64,000 nt of DNA from Callorhinchus milii (taxonomy: Eukaryota), in assembly GCF_018977255.1 (NCBI RefSeq), contig NW_024704743.1:3350001-3414000 (forward strand), given 5' to 3'. Positions 52,607-64,000 of the stretch are shown here, piece by piece. The notes beneath the pieces were generated by a model that had not been told where the DNA came from, made no database searches, and was given only the letters and a program-made list of their open reading frames with translations. Position 1 is the first letter of the stretch, and every line of letters begins with the position of its first letter. The translations under genes were made by a program, and so were the position numbers.

Positions 52607-53313
52607 CTTGGGAGGTTGTTGTTGAAGCCACTGTTGTCTGCACTGGGGCCTCTGTGGTCTGCACCGGGGCCTCTGTGGTCTGCACCGGGGCCTCTGTGGT
52701 CTGCACCGGGGCCTCTGTGGTCTGCACCGGGGCCTCTGTGGTCTGCACCGGGGCCTCTGTGGTCTGCACCGGGGCCTCTGTGGTCTGCACCGGGGCCTCT
52801 GTGGTCTGCACCGGGGCCTCTGTGGTCTGCACCGGGGCCTCTGTGGTCTGCACCGGGGCCTCTGTGGTCTGCACCGGGGCCTCTGTGGTCTGCACCGGGG
52901 CCTCTGTGGTCTGCACCGGGCCTCTGTGGTCTGCACCGGGGCCTCTGTGGTCTGCACCGGGGCCTCTGTGGTCTGCACCGGGGCCTCTGTGGTCTGCACC
53001 GGGGCCTCTGTGGTCTGCACCGGGGCCTCTGTGGTCTGCACCGGGGCCTCTGTGGTCTGCACCGGGGCCTCTGTGGTCTGCACCGGGGCCTCTGTGGTCT
53101 GCACCGGGGCCTCTGTTGTTGTGGTTGGCTGTGTTGGTGCGGCAGTTGTTAGTAAAATGCAGAAGTCGATAGGATCGAATATCCGATTGTTTTGACACGT
53201 GCTGTAGATTGATATGTCTCCCAGGCATTGGAAGAAGCTGGCATTGTCATTGGGGTCAGGATAGATGCCAATTGCTTTTCCATGGCAAAATTTAGCAATT
53301 GGAGCACTGGTCC
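52607..53313 (-). CDS. Gene B exon 3: CBM14 #1 (FCHGKAIGIYPDPNDNASFFQCLGDISIYSTCQNNRIFDPIDFC) plus ~23x TTEAPVQ mucin repeat; 1-nt frameshift near 52918-52920
   Basis: ctcttgcag acceptor and AAG|GTACAC donor. The exon is 707 nt, one base short of a multiple of 3; one 21-mer has ggg instead of gggg. Confidence 0.82.
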
Positions 53314-53674
53314 CTGCAAGAGAGTCACAATGTTAGTCTTGCACAAAGACAGAACAGTCACAACACTCAAACCCCTAGCAGCATCTTAAAACGCTTCACA
53401 GATAAATACTGTAAGTGTAGGCAAAAGTGATAGCCATTTTCCACAGAGCAATGTTGCTCAAGGAGCTGACCAACCAATTGGCATCAGGCAGGACACTGGG
53501 AGAAGCTCCCTTCTCTTTTCAAATAACGCCGCAGGATCTTTAATGTCACCTGAACAGGCGAAGATGGGACCTCCGTTTAATGCCACATTGTGAATCATGA
53601 AGCTGGAACTGAGAAACGTCAGACCCAAAGGGAGATTGCTAGCAAGAAATGGGCAGATTTGTGTGGATATTTTT

Positions 53675-54715
53675 CACATAGGATGGAAACAGGAAGAGGC
53701 CATTCAGCCCTTCGAGCCTGTTCCACCACTTAATTAGATCATGGCTTATCTGTACCTCAACTAATCCTTTCAATTCCAATTTCCGCTTTCTCCCCATATC
53801 CCTTAATACCCCGACCAACCAAAAATGTATCAACCTCACTCTTGAAGGTGTGGATGGAACCAGCATCCACGGTCTTTTGGGGGAGAGAATTCTAGATGTC
53901 TACCACCCTTTCAGTGAAAAAATGCTTCCCGATTCCACTCTTAAACGGCCTGGTTCTAATTTTAAGACTACGCCCCTTGTTTTGGATTTTCCCCCCAGAG
54001 TAAATAGCTTCTCTGTATCTACCCTATCAAATCCCTTTATCATCTTAAATACCTCAATCAAATCACCCCTCAACCTTCTAAACTCAAGAGAATCCAAGTT
54101 TACACAGCCTTTCCTCGTAACTTAACTCTTTCAGGCCTGGTACATTCTGGTGGACCTGCACTGCACCCCCTCCAGGGCCAATATATCTTTCCTGAGGTGT
54201 GGTGCCCAAAACTGAATGCAGTCTCCAGATGGGGTTTGACTAATGCTCTATACAGCTGAAGCATCATTTCTTCCCCTTTGTGTTCCAGGCCCCTTGAAAT
54301 AAAAGCCAACATTCAATTTATTTTTCTGATTAGTTTTTGCACCTGGAAACTAGTTTTTAGTGATTTGTGGAAATGGACACCTAAATCTCTTTGCTCTTCC
54401 ACAGTTCTTAATTCTCCCTATTAAGAAAATATTCTGCTTTATCTTTTTTTGGTCCGTAGTGGTTGACCTCACACTTCCCTACATTGAACTCCTTCTGCCA
54501 ATGCTTTGCCCATTCATTTAATCCGTCTAAGTCCCTTTGTGACTTCCTACTCTCATCTATGCAATTTACTGAGCCACCTATCTTAGTGTCGTCTGCAAAC
54601 TTGGATATAAAACTTTCTAGTCCTTCATCCAAGTCATTTATATGTACAGCGAATAGCTGGGGTCCCAGTACGGACCCCTGGGGGACACCACATGTGACGT
54701 CCCACCAATGAGAGA
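53675..54715 (-). mobile_element. 5'-truncated, degenerate CR1-type LINE (RT fragment)
   Basis: GVPQGSVLGPQLF..INDLD...KFADDTKIGG and LEFRRLRGDLIEVFKMIKGFD motifs, broken by frameshifts. Confidence 0.92.
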
Positions 54716-54802
54716 ACAAGGGGGTGATACATACAATAAATACATACAGTATTTATGTATACAGACTGGTAGAGATTATACAGAGAGTTTGCAAAGACTC
54801 AC

Positions 54803-54835
54803 CCAATTGTCCGAGGACCATGAAGACCAGTGAGA
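54803..54835 (-). CDS. Gene B exon 2: hydrophobic signal-peptide core (V)SLVFMVLGQL(G)
   Basis: tatttgtttcag acceptor and G|GTGAGT donor; 33 nt, phase 1-1. Confidence 0.8.
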
Positions 54836-54914
54836 CTGAAACAAATAATAAATAGAGATAGTGTGAAGTCAAAGTGTTGGTCACACACAGCATGTGCAGC
54901 CTCTCAGTCATGTT

Positions 54915-55297
54915 ATAATAATAATAATCCTTGCATTAGATATAGCGCCTTATCACGTCTCAAAGCACTTCACAAAATATACTGTAAAGTGAATTGATTG
55001 TATATTTTGTGGGTGAATGAAGCATGGGAGCCAATTGCATACATCAGTGTCCCCCAAACAGTCGTGGATTGAGTGACCAAATCGTTATTTTAAAAAAATT
55101 GAAGGGATTATCATCCCTGGAAAGCGATCTACCAATTGAATAACAACCAGATTCCTACTTACTGCTAGGTAAACAGAGGCGTGTGGAGGAAGGAAACTTG
55201 CCTAAGGTTTCGCTCTGCCTGGGAATTGAACCTGGGACCGCTTGCTTGAGAGGCAAGCGTGCTAACCACTAGGCTACAGGGCTACAAGCTACAGGAC
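54915..55297 (-). mobile_element. Diverged tRNA-SINE
   Basis: Same family head, core and tail on the - strand. Confidence 0.8.
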
Positions 55298-55304
55298 ATT
55301 GCAA

Positions 55305-56335
55305 CCAGGCAGAGAGCGGAGACAGACAGAGAGCGGAGACAGACAGAGAGTGGGGATAGGCAGAAAGTGGGGACAGGAGTGGAAAGGGCAGGAGTGTAGA
55401 GGAGAGGAGTGGAGAGGAGTAGAGAGGAAAAAGGAGGAGAGAAGAGACAAGTGGAGAGGCGAGCGGAAGGGAGGAGAGAGGAGAATAGTGAAGAGTGGAG
55501 AAGAGAGGCGAGAAGTGTACAGGAGTGAAGAAGAGCAGAGTGGGGTGGAGAAGGGAGAAGAGGAAAGGAGCAGAGAGGATAGAGGAACGTAAAGGAGAAG
55601 GGAGAGAAGTGAAGAGAAGAGCAGAGATGATGAGAGGAGGAGTAGAGGAACGGAAAGGAGAGGAGAGAAGAGCTGAGAGGAAAAGAGAGGAGCGAAGAGA
55701 AGTGGAGAGGAGAGAGATGAGATGAGAGGAATGAAGGGAAGAGCAGAGAGAAGAGAGAGGAGTGAAGAGGAAAGGAAAGAAGTGGAGAGGAACACGAAGA
55801 GTGCTGGCTGGAGGAGTAGAGCAGAGGAGAGAGGAGTGGAGAAGAGAGGAGAGGAGGAGAGAGGAGAGGAGAGAAAAAAAAGAGGAGAGGACAGGAGCAG
55901 AGAGGAATAGAATGGAGAGGAGGAGAGATGAGTGGAGAGGAGTGGAATGGAAGAGAGGGGAGAGGAGGAGACGGAGAGAGGAGAGAGGAGGGAAGAGAAA
56001 AGGAATGGAGAGGAGGAGAGAGGAGTAGAGAGCGGAGAGGAGCATGAAAGGAGAGGAGGAGAGAGGAGAGGAGAGAGGAGTGGAGAGGAGAGAGGAGTGG
56101 AACGTGAATAGAAAGGAGGAGAGGAATGGTGAGTGCAGCGGAGCAGCAGAGAAGAAAGAAGATGAGAGGAGAAAGGGAGAGGAGAGGACAGGGAGGTGCA
56201 GAGTGGGGTGAAAATAGAGGAGAGGAGGAGAAGAGAAGAGAGGAGTGCAAAGAGTAAAGACTAGAAGAGCAGAGTGGAGAGGAGACGAATGGAGAGGAGA
56301 GGAGAAGAAGAGAAGAGGAGCGGAGTGGAGTGAGG
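55305..56335. repeat. ~1-kb polypurine (GGAGA-type) low-complexity tract in gene B intron 1
   Basis: Almost exclusively A/G on the + strand. Confidence 0.9.
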
Positions 56336-56345
56336 GACCGCTCAC

Positions 56346-56361
56346 CTGCGCACAGGTACAT
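56346..56361 (-). CDS. Gene B exon 1: start of signal peptide (MYLCA)
   Basis: gacagccATG context; CAG|GTGAGC donor; phase 1; TATA-like element ~50 nt upstream of the ATG. Confidence 0.75.
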
Positions 56362-56412
56362 GGCTGTCAGCTGGAGTGATCTTCCCACACTGTTCAGGGC
56401 GCCTCTCTCGGC

Positions 56413-56420
56413 TATTTATG
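56413..56420 (-). promoter_or_regulatory. TATA-like box (CATAAATA) of gene B
   Basis: Lies ~50 nt upstream of the ATG, consistent with a short 5' UTR. Confidence 0.55.
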
Positions 56421-56805
56421 AACCCAAGTGCCCGGCCGTCAGGTTGTGAAAGAGGGTTTAACGTGTGCACACTGCGCGGATTGAGCCAACACATGAATGA
56501 GTCTTAGATTTCCTGGGTCACTCCTTGCCCTGAGGAGCTGGGGGGGGGGGGGGGGGGGGTCATTGCTGCCTCAGGTGGGAAGCGAACACGGTGAGTTGCA
56601 GAACATGACCTCTTCGTGTTGGTCTATTTTAAGCATCTGTTGTGAAACTACAATATGTTTCACAACCCCACAGAGATTTCAGCCTCTCAGTTACCAAATC
56701 CTTTTATCTTGGAAATTAGCGAGAAGGATTCATTTTGTTAAGTCATTATTCCGGTGGGCGTTCAGCACCCACACCTGGATGGGATGGAGGGGATGGGGAG
56801 GCATT

Positions 56806-56806
<1 letters not shown>

Positions 56807-56839
<33 letters not shown>

Positions 56840-57195
56840 TTCCTTGCATTTGCTATTGCGCCTTTTCACGCCATTGGGATACCTCAAAGCGCTTCGCGGA
56901 ATATACTATAAAGTGTCGTGTCTGTGTTTTGTGGCTGAAACCCGGCAGCCAATTGCGCACAGCAATATCGCACAAACAGTCGAGCACTGAGTGACCAAAT
57001 TTTTTAAAAAAAATGTTTTAAGGGATGATTACCCCGGGAAAGAGATCAGGCAATCAACTAATAACCAGGTTCCTACTTAACAGAGGCTTGTGCAGTAGGG
57101 AAACTCGCTTACTGTTTCGCCCCACCCGGGAATCAAACCCGTGTTCCTCTTGTTTGCGAGGCGAGTGCTCCAATAAATATGCTACAGGATTCCAC
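56807..57195 (-). mobile_element. Diverged tRNA-SINE upstream of gene B
   Basis: (aat)n tail; head gctacaggattcca. Confidence 0.8.
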
Positions 57196-58189
57196 AAGAT
57201 AGTCTTGAACACATATCTAGTGATATTGGCATAATGGCAGGTGCCCAGAGAGCATGAAGAGGAGCAGAGTGCATCTGTCCTGATGCTCAGTGAGCCACCG
57301 GAGCTCTCTTCTCCAATCCCATCCGGGTGCCAACTTGGCTCAGTTGGAAGCACTCTCACTTCTGAGTTGGACTTAGACTTGGAATCACGTAGTCTAAAAT
57401 GAGATTCCAATGCAGTGTTGGGGGTGCGCTGCATTTGTCAGAGAGACCGTCCTTCAGTTGAGATGTTAAACCGAAGTCTTGTCTGTTCCTTTCTCAACTT
57501 TTCTACTTTTTTTCCTCCATTCCCTGCTCTCTCCCCATTGTATCTGTACTGGTGCTCGCTCCCCCACTGGAGTTCTCTACTCTAATCCCATTCCCCTGCT
57601 CCTTCTCCCTCGTACTTTTAATATGAGTTTAATATTAATTTCCTCCAGTATTTCTCTGTTGTACATGGTATTACCGCTGGCAGGTAGCTGGCAGTGCTGT
57701 GAATCACGTGTCAAAGGAGTGTTACAGTCAAAGTCCGTGCCAGCTTCGCTCAGGAAAGGGGACAATCCAGGCAGTGTGTGAGCTGAGCTGGGTGTCACAC
57801 CGAGACCCCAGGCCCCACACTCGAGCGATCAGGTTGCAAATTAATCACTGGCATAGTATCTCAGTGACTGAAAAACACTATAAATAATCACTTTTTAATT
57901 TTCATGCATAAAACATCCCGAGGGCGGTATCAGATGACATCTCATCTCACAGCTATTGTGCAGTGTCCCACCCCTGGTGGATTAAGGTGATATTCACCTT
58001 GATGTCCTCTCCTCCTTCAGGGCTTTGATCCGTATTTAACTCCAAAATGTTCGCAATGCTGTCCGAGCAAAGCTTGAGACGCGGTTCTCACATTAAATGT
58101 CACCAGTTTGACCTGCGTTGGGGTCCTGCTGTCCTTGCAGACAGACCAGCATGATCAGAGTGCCCTTTGCTCCTTCTCTGTGTGCTCTG

Positions 58190-58472
58190 CTTGTTTGTCC
58201 CTCATCCCCCTCTGCTCCATCGGTGGCCGTGTCTCAGCCACTATGCTCCGAAACTCTGGAACTCTCTCCCTGAATCCCTCTGCCTTGCCCCCTCCCTCCC
58301 TCCCCCACGTTCAAATCCCGCCTAAAGACCTTCCTTTTTAATCGTGCTTACAGTCACCTCCTCTCTCCCTCTCCCCCCTGACTCGGTGTCAGACTCCGCC
58401 ACTGTCAAGTGCTCCGGGCCGCTACCCCACGTGAAAGGCGTTGTATAAATGCAAATTGCCTTAGTTGTTGTT
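58190..58472 (+). mobile_element. L2-like LINE 3' fragment
   Basis: Same motifs and tail as the 39.8-kb copy. Confidence 0.7.
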
Positions 58473-58789
58473 GGTCCAGGCAAACATTGGTGTCCACCAC
58501 ACCTGCCAGGATGATAAGAATCAACAACTGCCCCTTGAATTTCCAATCAATATCCCACAGGTTCCCCCTTGAACCATTCAGAGCCATGATTTTACATTTA
58601 CCCCCCACCACTCCACCCCCACCCAGCGAGTCCCAGTGTTTTGGCCTCAACACCCTTCCTGGTCACCCAGTTCCAGTCGTTAGTTGCCCTCAGGCTAAAG
58701 AAAATCTTCCTAGTGTCCTCAGCCCTTTATACCTCTAACCTGTGTCCTCTCCTCTGGATACATCCTAAAATAATGGTCTGGGTTATATA

Positions 58790-59250
58790 GAAACATAGGA
58801 ACAGGAGTAGGCTATTCAACCATTTGAGACTGTTCCACCAATCTATAAGATCATGGCTGATCTGTTCCTCAACTACAATTACTTGCCTTTGCTCCATTTC
58901 CCTTGATACCTCGACCTAACAAATATATATTAATATAATAGATACAGTATAATGTAAAATAATAACAATCATAATATAATAGATCCACCTCAGTCTTGAA
59001 AATGTGAATGGATCCAGCATCCACAGCCTTTTGAGGAAGAGATTTCCACTACCCTTTGAGTAAAAAGCACTTTAATTTCAAGATGATGCCCCCTTTTGTT
59101 CTGAATTCCCCCACCAGAGGAAATAGTTTCTCTGTAATTACCCTGTCTTTACTTAGTCAAATCCCATTTAAAAAAGGGACCTCTAGGAGGTCCCTTCTGA
59201 ATCGTCTTCTCTCAAGACTGAAGAGCCTGAGCTTGTCTAATCATTCCCTG
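58790..59250 (-). mobile_element. CR1-type LINE 3' fragment
   Basis: catagga..aggagtaggc..ttc tail as in the 53.7-kb copy. Confidence 0.7.
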
Positions 59251-61309
59251 AACGTGATCAAATTATCATAATTTTTATTTGTATGACCTTTGCTGCCTCT
59301 TCTGATTCCATAGTTTCCTCCAACTTACTCCAAATACTATTTAACTGTCTCACAATGGATCTGCCATGGCGGATGTTTTCCTTCACCCGAAGGGTAATTA
59401 ACCACTGGAACAGGTCACGAAGAGGGTTGGTTGAGGCGGGACACTGGACACATTTGTAAAGCAGCTGGATGCTGTGACGGGAGCGGGTCGGCTGTGGGTT
59501 CTGGAAGGATGAGGTCAAATCAGCCTCTTCCTCATCCGAACCAGTCTTGTTTGATTTGATCGCTGGACCACTGTCCGTCCACACGCCCAGGTCAACCACA
59601 GCACAGGTTAGGGAGGGAGTAAAGCTCCCTCTACAATGGCAGTCTCCGTGAGGTATCCTCAATTGCCGTGAGTTGACACAGTACGTTAGTTGGCACTTCT
59701 GCGCGCAATTGTTCTGCGCATAGAAAGATATGGCACAAAGCCTTGGAGATGACAGCAGGAAGGAGTGAAGGAGGGAAGTGTAGAGCGGAGAAGAGAAGAG
59801 AAGGGAAGAAATGAGAGGAGAGGGGATAGAAGGAAGAGAGGTAAGGAGAGATACGGAGAGGGAAGAGGTGACAAGCGGAGAGAGGAAATGAGAGAAGGGA
59901 GCAGAAATGAAGGAGTGAAGTGAAGAGGGGAAAAGAGGAGAGGGTGTTTGAAAGTGTTGACACCAGGGACAGGGCACATGGAAAGATTCCTGGGATGTGC
60001 CTGGATTAAGAGCGAGGGGCCAAGGTGAATGGAGCTGTTTTATCCCCTCTCTGTCACAGTGTCACTGTGTGCCGTTCCCTCCCATCTGCAATGCGGTGTA
60101 GAATGACCATCTGGCTCGGGTTAATGCTGCCTTTGTTCAGGAAGGCTGAGAAGGGCGTTGGTACCTCAGTCCCAGGCCTGAGGCCCAGGCAATGTAACCT
60201 GACTCCACAGACCCTGAAATTCCAGCCAGCCTCAGCCTGCCAGACCTTTTTGCCCTAAAATGGTTCGGAGAATTCTCAAATCTACTCTTTGATTTTAATT
60301 GGGATTATAGATTGAGGAAAACTGATCTCTGATTTCAGACTGGACAGCCTGACTTTCAGATACCAGGACAGCAGGAGTGAGGGGGCGATTCACTCAAATC
60401 ACACTCAAATCACCCTCGCCTCGCAAGGACCTGGGCTCGATTTCCGGGCAGGGCGCAACCATAGGCATGCTTCCTTAGTCCACGCGCCTCTGTTTAGCTA
60501 GCAGTAGGTAGGAACTCGGTTGTTAGTCGATTGGTGGGTTGCTTTCTAGGGATAATAATTCCTCCAACAAAAAATGTGGGCAGTCAATCCATGGCTGTTT
60601 GTGTGACACTGCTTTGTGGAATTTCTGCTGGAGTCTAACCAGCTAAAACCACATGGTTTGCCATTGAGAGCACAAGCTTTCCTGCTGCTTGTCCAGCTAG
60701 GCCCACTGTACCCGTTATGGCTTCGGCTTACATGGTTAACAGGAGTTGAGTGAGATGATTCACTACCCCTAGTGACTGTTCTGACCTTCCAAGTCCTGCC
60801 AATGAGTCAGGTTGGCATTGCTGTCATCAGCAGTGCCCTGGAATACTGCGGACCTACAGATAGACACAGGCTCAGGAACCGGGATCATCATAGAGGGTGG
60901 ACTTGATTCTGATATTCCGTTACCAAACATTTCACCTTGGAGCCAGTTCACCTGCTAACCTCCCCTCCCCTGCCCTGCGAGGACAGTGGCTAAAACCACA
61001 CAAAACCACACAAAAAATAACATAGCTTGCCACTGATATCGTTGTCTGGCAAGCTTTTCCGCTGCTTGTCCAACTAGGACCACCTTACTTGTTAAGGGCT
61101 TTGGCTTGCACGGTTAACAGGTGCTATGGATGGTGTTGGAATTGATGTGAACCCAGTGACAAGGACTGGTCTGTCTGTCAGTTACTTTATTGTGAGTCGG
61201 ACCACACCTTGCTCTCATATACACAAATCTGATAAAACAAAGCCTTCTCTCCCCCAACTCCCCACCCACAGTAAGAGTGGCTGACTGCGGGAGGGGACAG
61301 ACACATCCC

Positions 61310-61918
61310 CATCAACTCACACACATACACTCACGTACACACACTCACACACATAAATACAACAACAACAAGATTACATTTGTATAGTGCCTTTCATATC
61401 GGGAGGACGTCCCAAGGCACTGAAATACACTCACACGCACACATACACTCACATACAGACATTCACATACACACACTCAAACACATACAGATCCCGCCCA
61501 CACTCCACACACACACATGCTCACACATACATATACACACACACACACACAGAAACACATATATACATACATACAGATAGGCACAAGCAGACACACATAC
61601 ACAAACACACCTAGACAGACACAGACCTTTAGACACACACCCACACACCCAGAAAAATACACATACATACAGACAAGCACAGATTGACAAGACATAGGTA
61701 CAGTCTCCCAGATACACCCAGACACACCTAGATAGACACCGACCTCCAGACACACACTCACAGACACACACAGACAAACACCATACACACATACTGACAC
61801 ACAGAGAAACACACACATACAGTCGGGCACAGACATCCCCTCGCCCCCCCACACACAGAGATACACACTCCTAGACACCCCCATAGACATAGAATCACAG
61901 ACATCCCCCCCTCGCCCG

Positions 61919-61949
<31 letters not shown>

Positions 61950-62042
61950 ATACACAAAGACAGACACAGCTGGATACACACCCAAACACAGACTCACAGA
62001 CACCCATACGCACAGACACAGACTCACAGGCACAAACACATA
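61310..62042. repeat. Degenerate (CA)n-rich tract
   Basis: Direct inspection. Confidence 0.9.
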
Positions 62043-62621
62043 CAGTTCTGGTCCCCTTGACATAAGGCCCTAGAGCCAGTGCCGAGGAGAGCAACGGGGA
62101 TGATCCTCAGTGTTGAAAGGAATGAGCTGTGATCTACGATTAGACGAGTTCGAGCTCTTCAGTCTCGGGAGAAGCCGACTCACAGGGGACCTCATAGAGT
62201 TGTGTAACAGTGCAACTGGGATTAACAAAACAGCTATGGCTGTGGAGTGTGCAAATTGGCCCCCAGTCACGGCCCCAGTGCCCCGCTGAGGAAACACAGT
62301 ATCTGGGACACTCTCCAGGCACTTCTGTAAATACTGTGAGTTTCTTTGACCTGTAGTGACCACTGTGTAGGGAAGTGGGCCAGAGAATCCCCCTGCGGGA
62401 GGGAGACAATGACCTCTCTCTGGTTAACTATAATAATAATAATATTAATACTAATAATCCTTGCATTTGATATAAGGCTTTATCATGTCGTTGAGACATC
62501 TCAAAGTGCTTCACAGAATGAAGAGATGGTGGTGGTGGGGGAGAGGTGGGGGAATGGGGGACAGGACACAGGGAGACAGAAACTCCCTTCTCTTTCTCGA
62601 TGGATATTTAACGTCCACCTG

Positions 62622-63025
62622 AACAACAACAACTTACATTTATATAACGCCCTTCGCTCTGGGTAGCGTCCCACAGCACTTAACAGTGGCGGAGTCTGAC
62701 CCCGAGCCGGGGGAGAGGGAAGGTGGGGGAGGTGACCATAAGCACCATCAAAAAGGAAGGCCTTGAGGCGGAATTTGAAAGTGGGGTGGGAGGGGGGCAA
62801 GGCGGAGGGATTGAGGCAGAGAGTGCCAGAGTTTCGGGGCATAGTGACTGAAAGTGCGGCCGCCGATGGTGGAGCGGAGGGAACAAGGGATGAACAGAAG
62901 GCTGGAGCCAGCCGAGCGGAGACAGCGGTCGGGGGGGCGGGGGGCTGGGTGAAGAGAAGGTGGGGGTGAGAGAGTCGGAAAGGTAGGGAGGTGCCAGGGC
63001 ATGAAGGGATTTGAAAATGGGAGAG
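62622..63025 (-). mobile_element. L2-like LINE 3' fragment
   Basis: FKSLHALAPPYLSD...GGRTFSHYAPKLWHSLP motif. Confidence 0.78.
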
Positions 63026-63299
63026 AGGTTATTATTATTATAACTATCTTGAAGTCGATCCGTTCGGAAATTGGGAGCCAGTGCAGCCCGGCCAGGACTG
63101 GTGTGATGGGGACAGGCCCAGACAGGACCTAAGGTTAACATCTCAGTGGGTGCGTGGTTAGGAGGGGGCGGCGGAGGGGAGGAATGACTAAGCTCAGGTC
63201 TCAAGTTCACCGAGACCCTGTATGGTCAGGGGCTGGTGCAGGGCTAGGTTTTCGGGGTGGGGGGGGGGTGGGGGGGAGTTGCTGGGAATGGTGTGACGT

Positions 63300-63512
63300 T
63301 CATGGAAGGCACAGGGAATTACAGGGGTCCCCGGAACGGAACAGGCTATACACACTGACCAGGGGGAACATGGTGAGAGCCCCCAGCATAGAGCCCAGCT
63401 GCACCACCGCTCCGCACAGTAGAAGGGCACTATGGCCTTCTTCTCGTAGAATCACCCCAATCATGACCTTCACGTAGGACAGACTCCCTGTGAACAGGGT
63501 CCACGACAGCAC
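63300..63512 (-). CDS. SLC52A3: Riboflavin transporter, last coding exon ([70 protein letters not shown])
   Basis: Matches the SLC52 C-terminus as I recall it (SYVKVM.GV.LR...ALL.CGA.VQLGS.LGAL.MFPLV, terminal C-x3-C); tgtctcccag acceptor; upstream exons lie outside the window. Confidence 0.85.
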   Translation of the reverse strand: MLSWTLFTGSLSYVKVMIGVILREEGHSALLLCGAVVQLGSMLGALTMFPLVSVYSLFRSGDPCNSLCLP

Positions 63513-63604
63513 CTGGGAGACACAAAGGGAGCACACGTTACACGTCCTGCTCACAAGAGCGCAAACAGAGAAACCGGCTTAACACGGCATGGAGCGGTGG
63601 AAAT

Positions 63605-63982
63605 TATAATAATAATAATAACCATAATAGTAATCCTTGCATTTGATATAGCGCCTTATCGCGTCTTCGAGACGTCTCAAAGCGCTTCACAGGATGCAAT
63701 ACACCGTAAAGTGTAGTGGCTGTATATTTTGTGGGCGAAATGCGGCAGCCCATTGCCCGCAGCAGTGTCCCACGAACAGTCGTGGATTGAAAATGACCAG
63801 ATTATCATTTTGGTTATATTTCTATTTATTTTTTGAAGGGGATCATTACCCCCGGAAAAGCGATCCGCCAATCAACTAAGATCCAGGTTCCTACTTACCC
63901 CGAGGTAAACAGAGGCGTGTGGAGTAAGGAAACCTGCCCAATGTTTTGCCCTGCCGGGAATCGAACCCAGTGTCCTCTCGCA
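63605..63982 (-). mobile_element. tRNA-SINE in an SLC52A3 intron
   Basis: Same family core and tail. Confidence 0.8.
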
Positions 63983-64000
63983 CCGCTCAAAGCCTCTTAT

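Noticed and set aside
55269..56388. Long Leu/Ser-rich ORFs
   Set aside because: Artefact of the polypurine low-complexity tract.
61380..62094. His/Thr- and Cys/Val-rich ORFs
   Set aside because: Translations of (CA)n-type repeats.

Overview
Repeat-rich vertebrate genomic DNA. The tRNA-derived SINEs and CR1/L2 LINE fragments are consistent with a cartilaginous fish, possibly a chimaera (inference). The ORF track is mostly misleading because the real genes are spliced. (1) Positions 1-33.4 kb look like a ~1.33-kb satellite, but each unit carries a 48-nt phase-1 micro-exon (cccag|...|gtaatg). Spliced together, 25 copies encode (E-T-W-R/K-P-T-K-D-P-W-T-T-T-R-R-Q)n. They are followed by an expanded repeat exon, a Pro-rich exon, a Cys-rich exon with a degenerate chitin-binding (CBM14-like) domain, and a stop exon. 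This is gene A (+ strand; 5' end outside the window). (2) Facing it tail-to-tail on the - strand (56.4 to ~38 kb) is gene B, an apparently complete secreted protein of ~980 aa. It has a signal peptide split over two small exons as in chitinases, 8 CBM14 chitin-binding domains and Thr/Pro mucin linkers, but no catalytic domain, i.e. a vertebrate peritrophin-like protein. (3) The last coding exon of the riboflavin transporter SLC52A3 lies at 63.3-63.5 kb (-). Both gene models were built by eye from splice signals and reading frames and need transcript confirmation.
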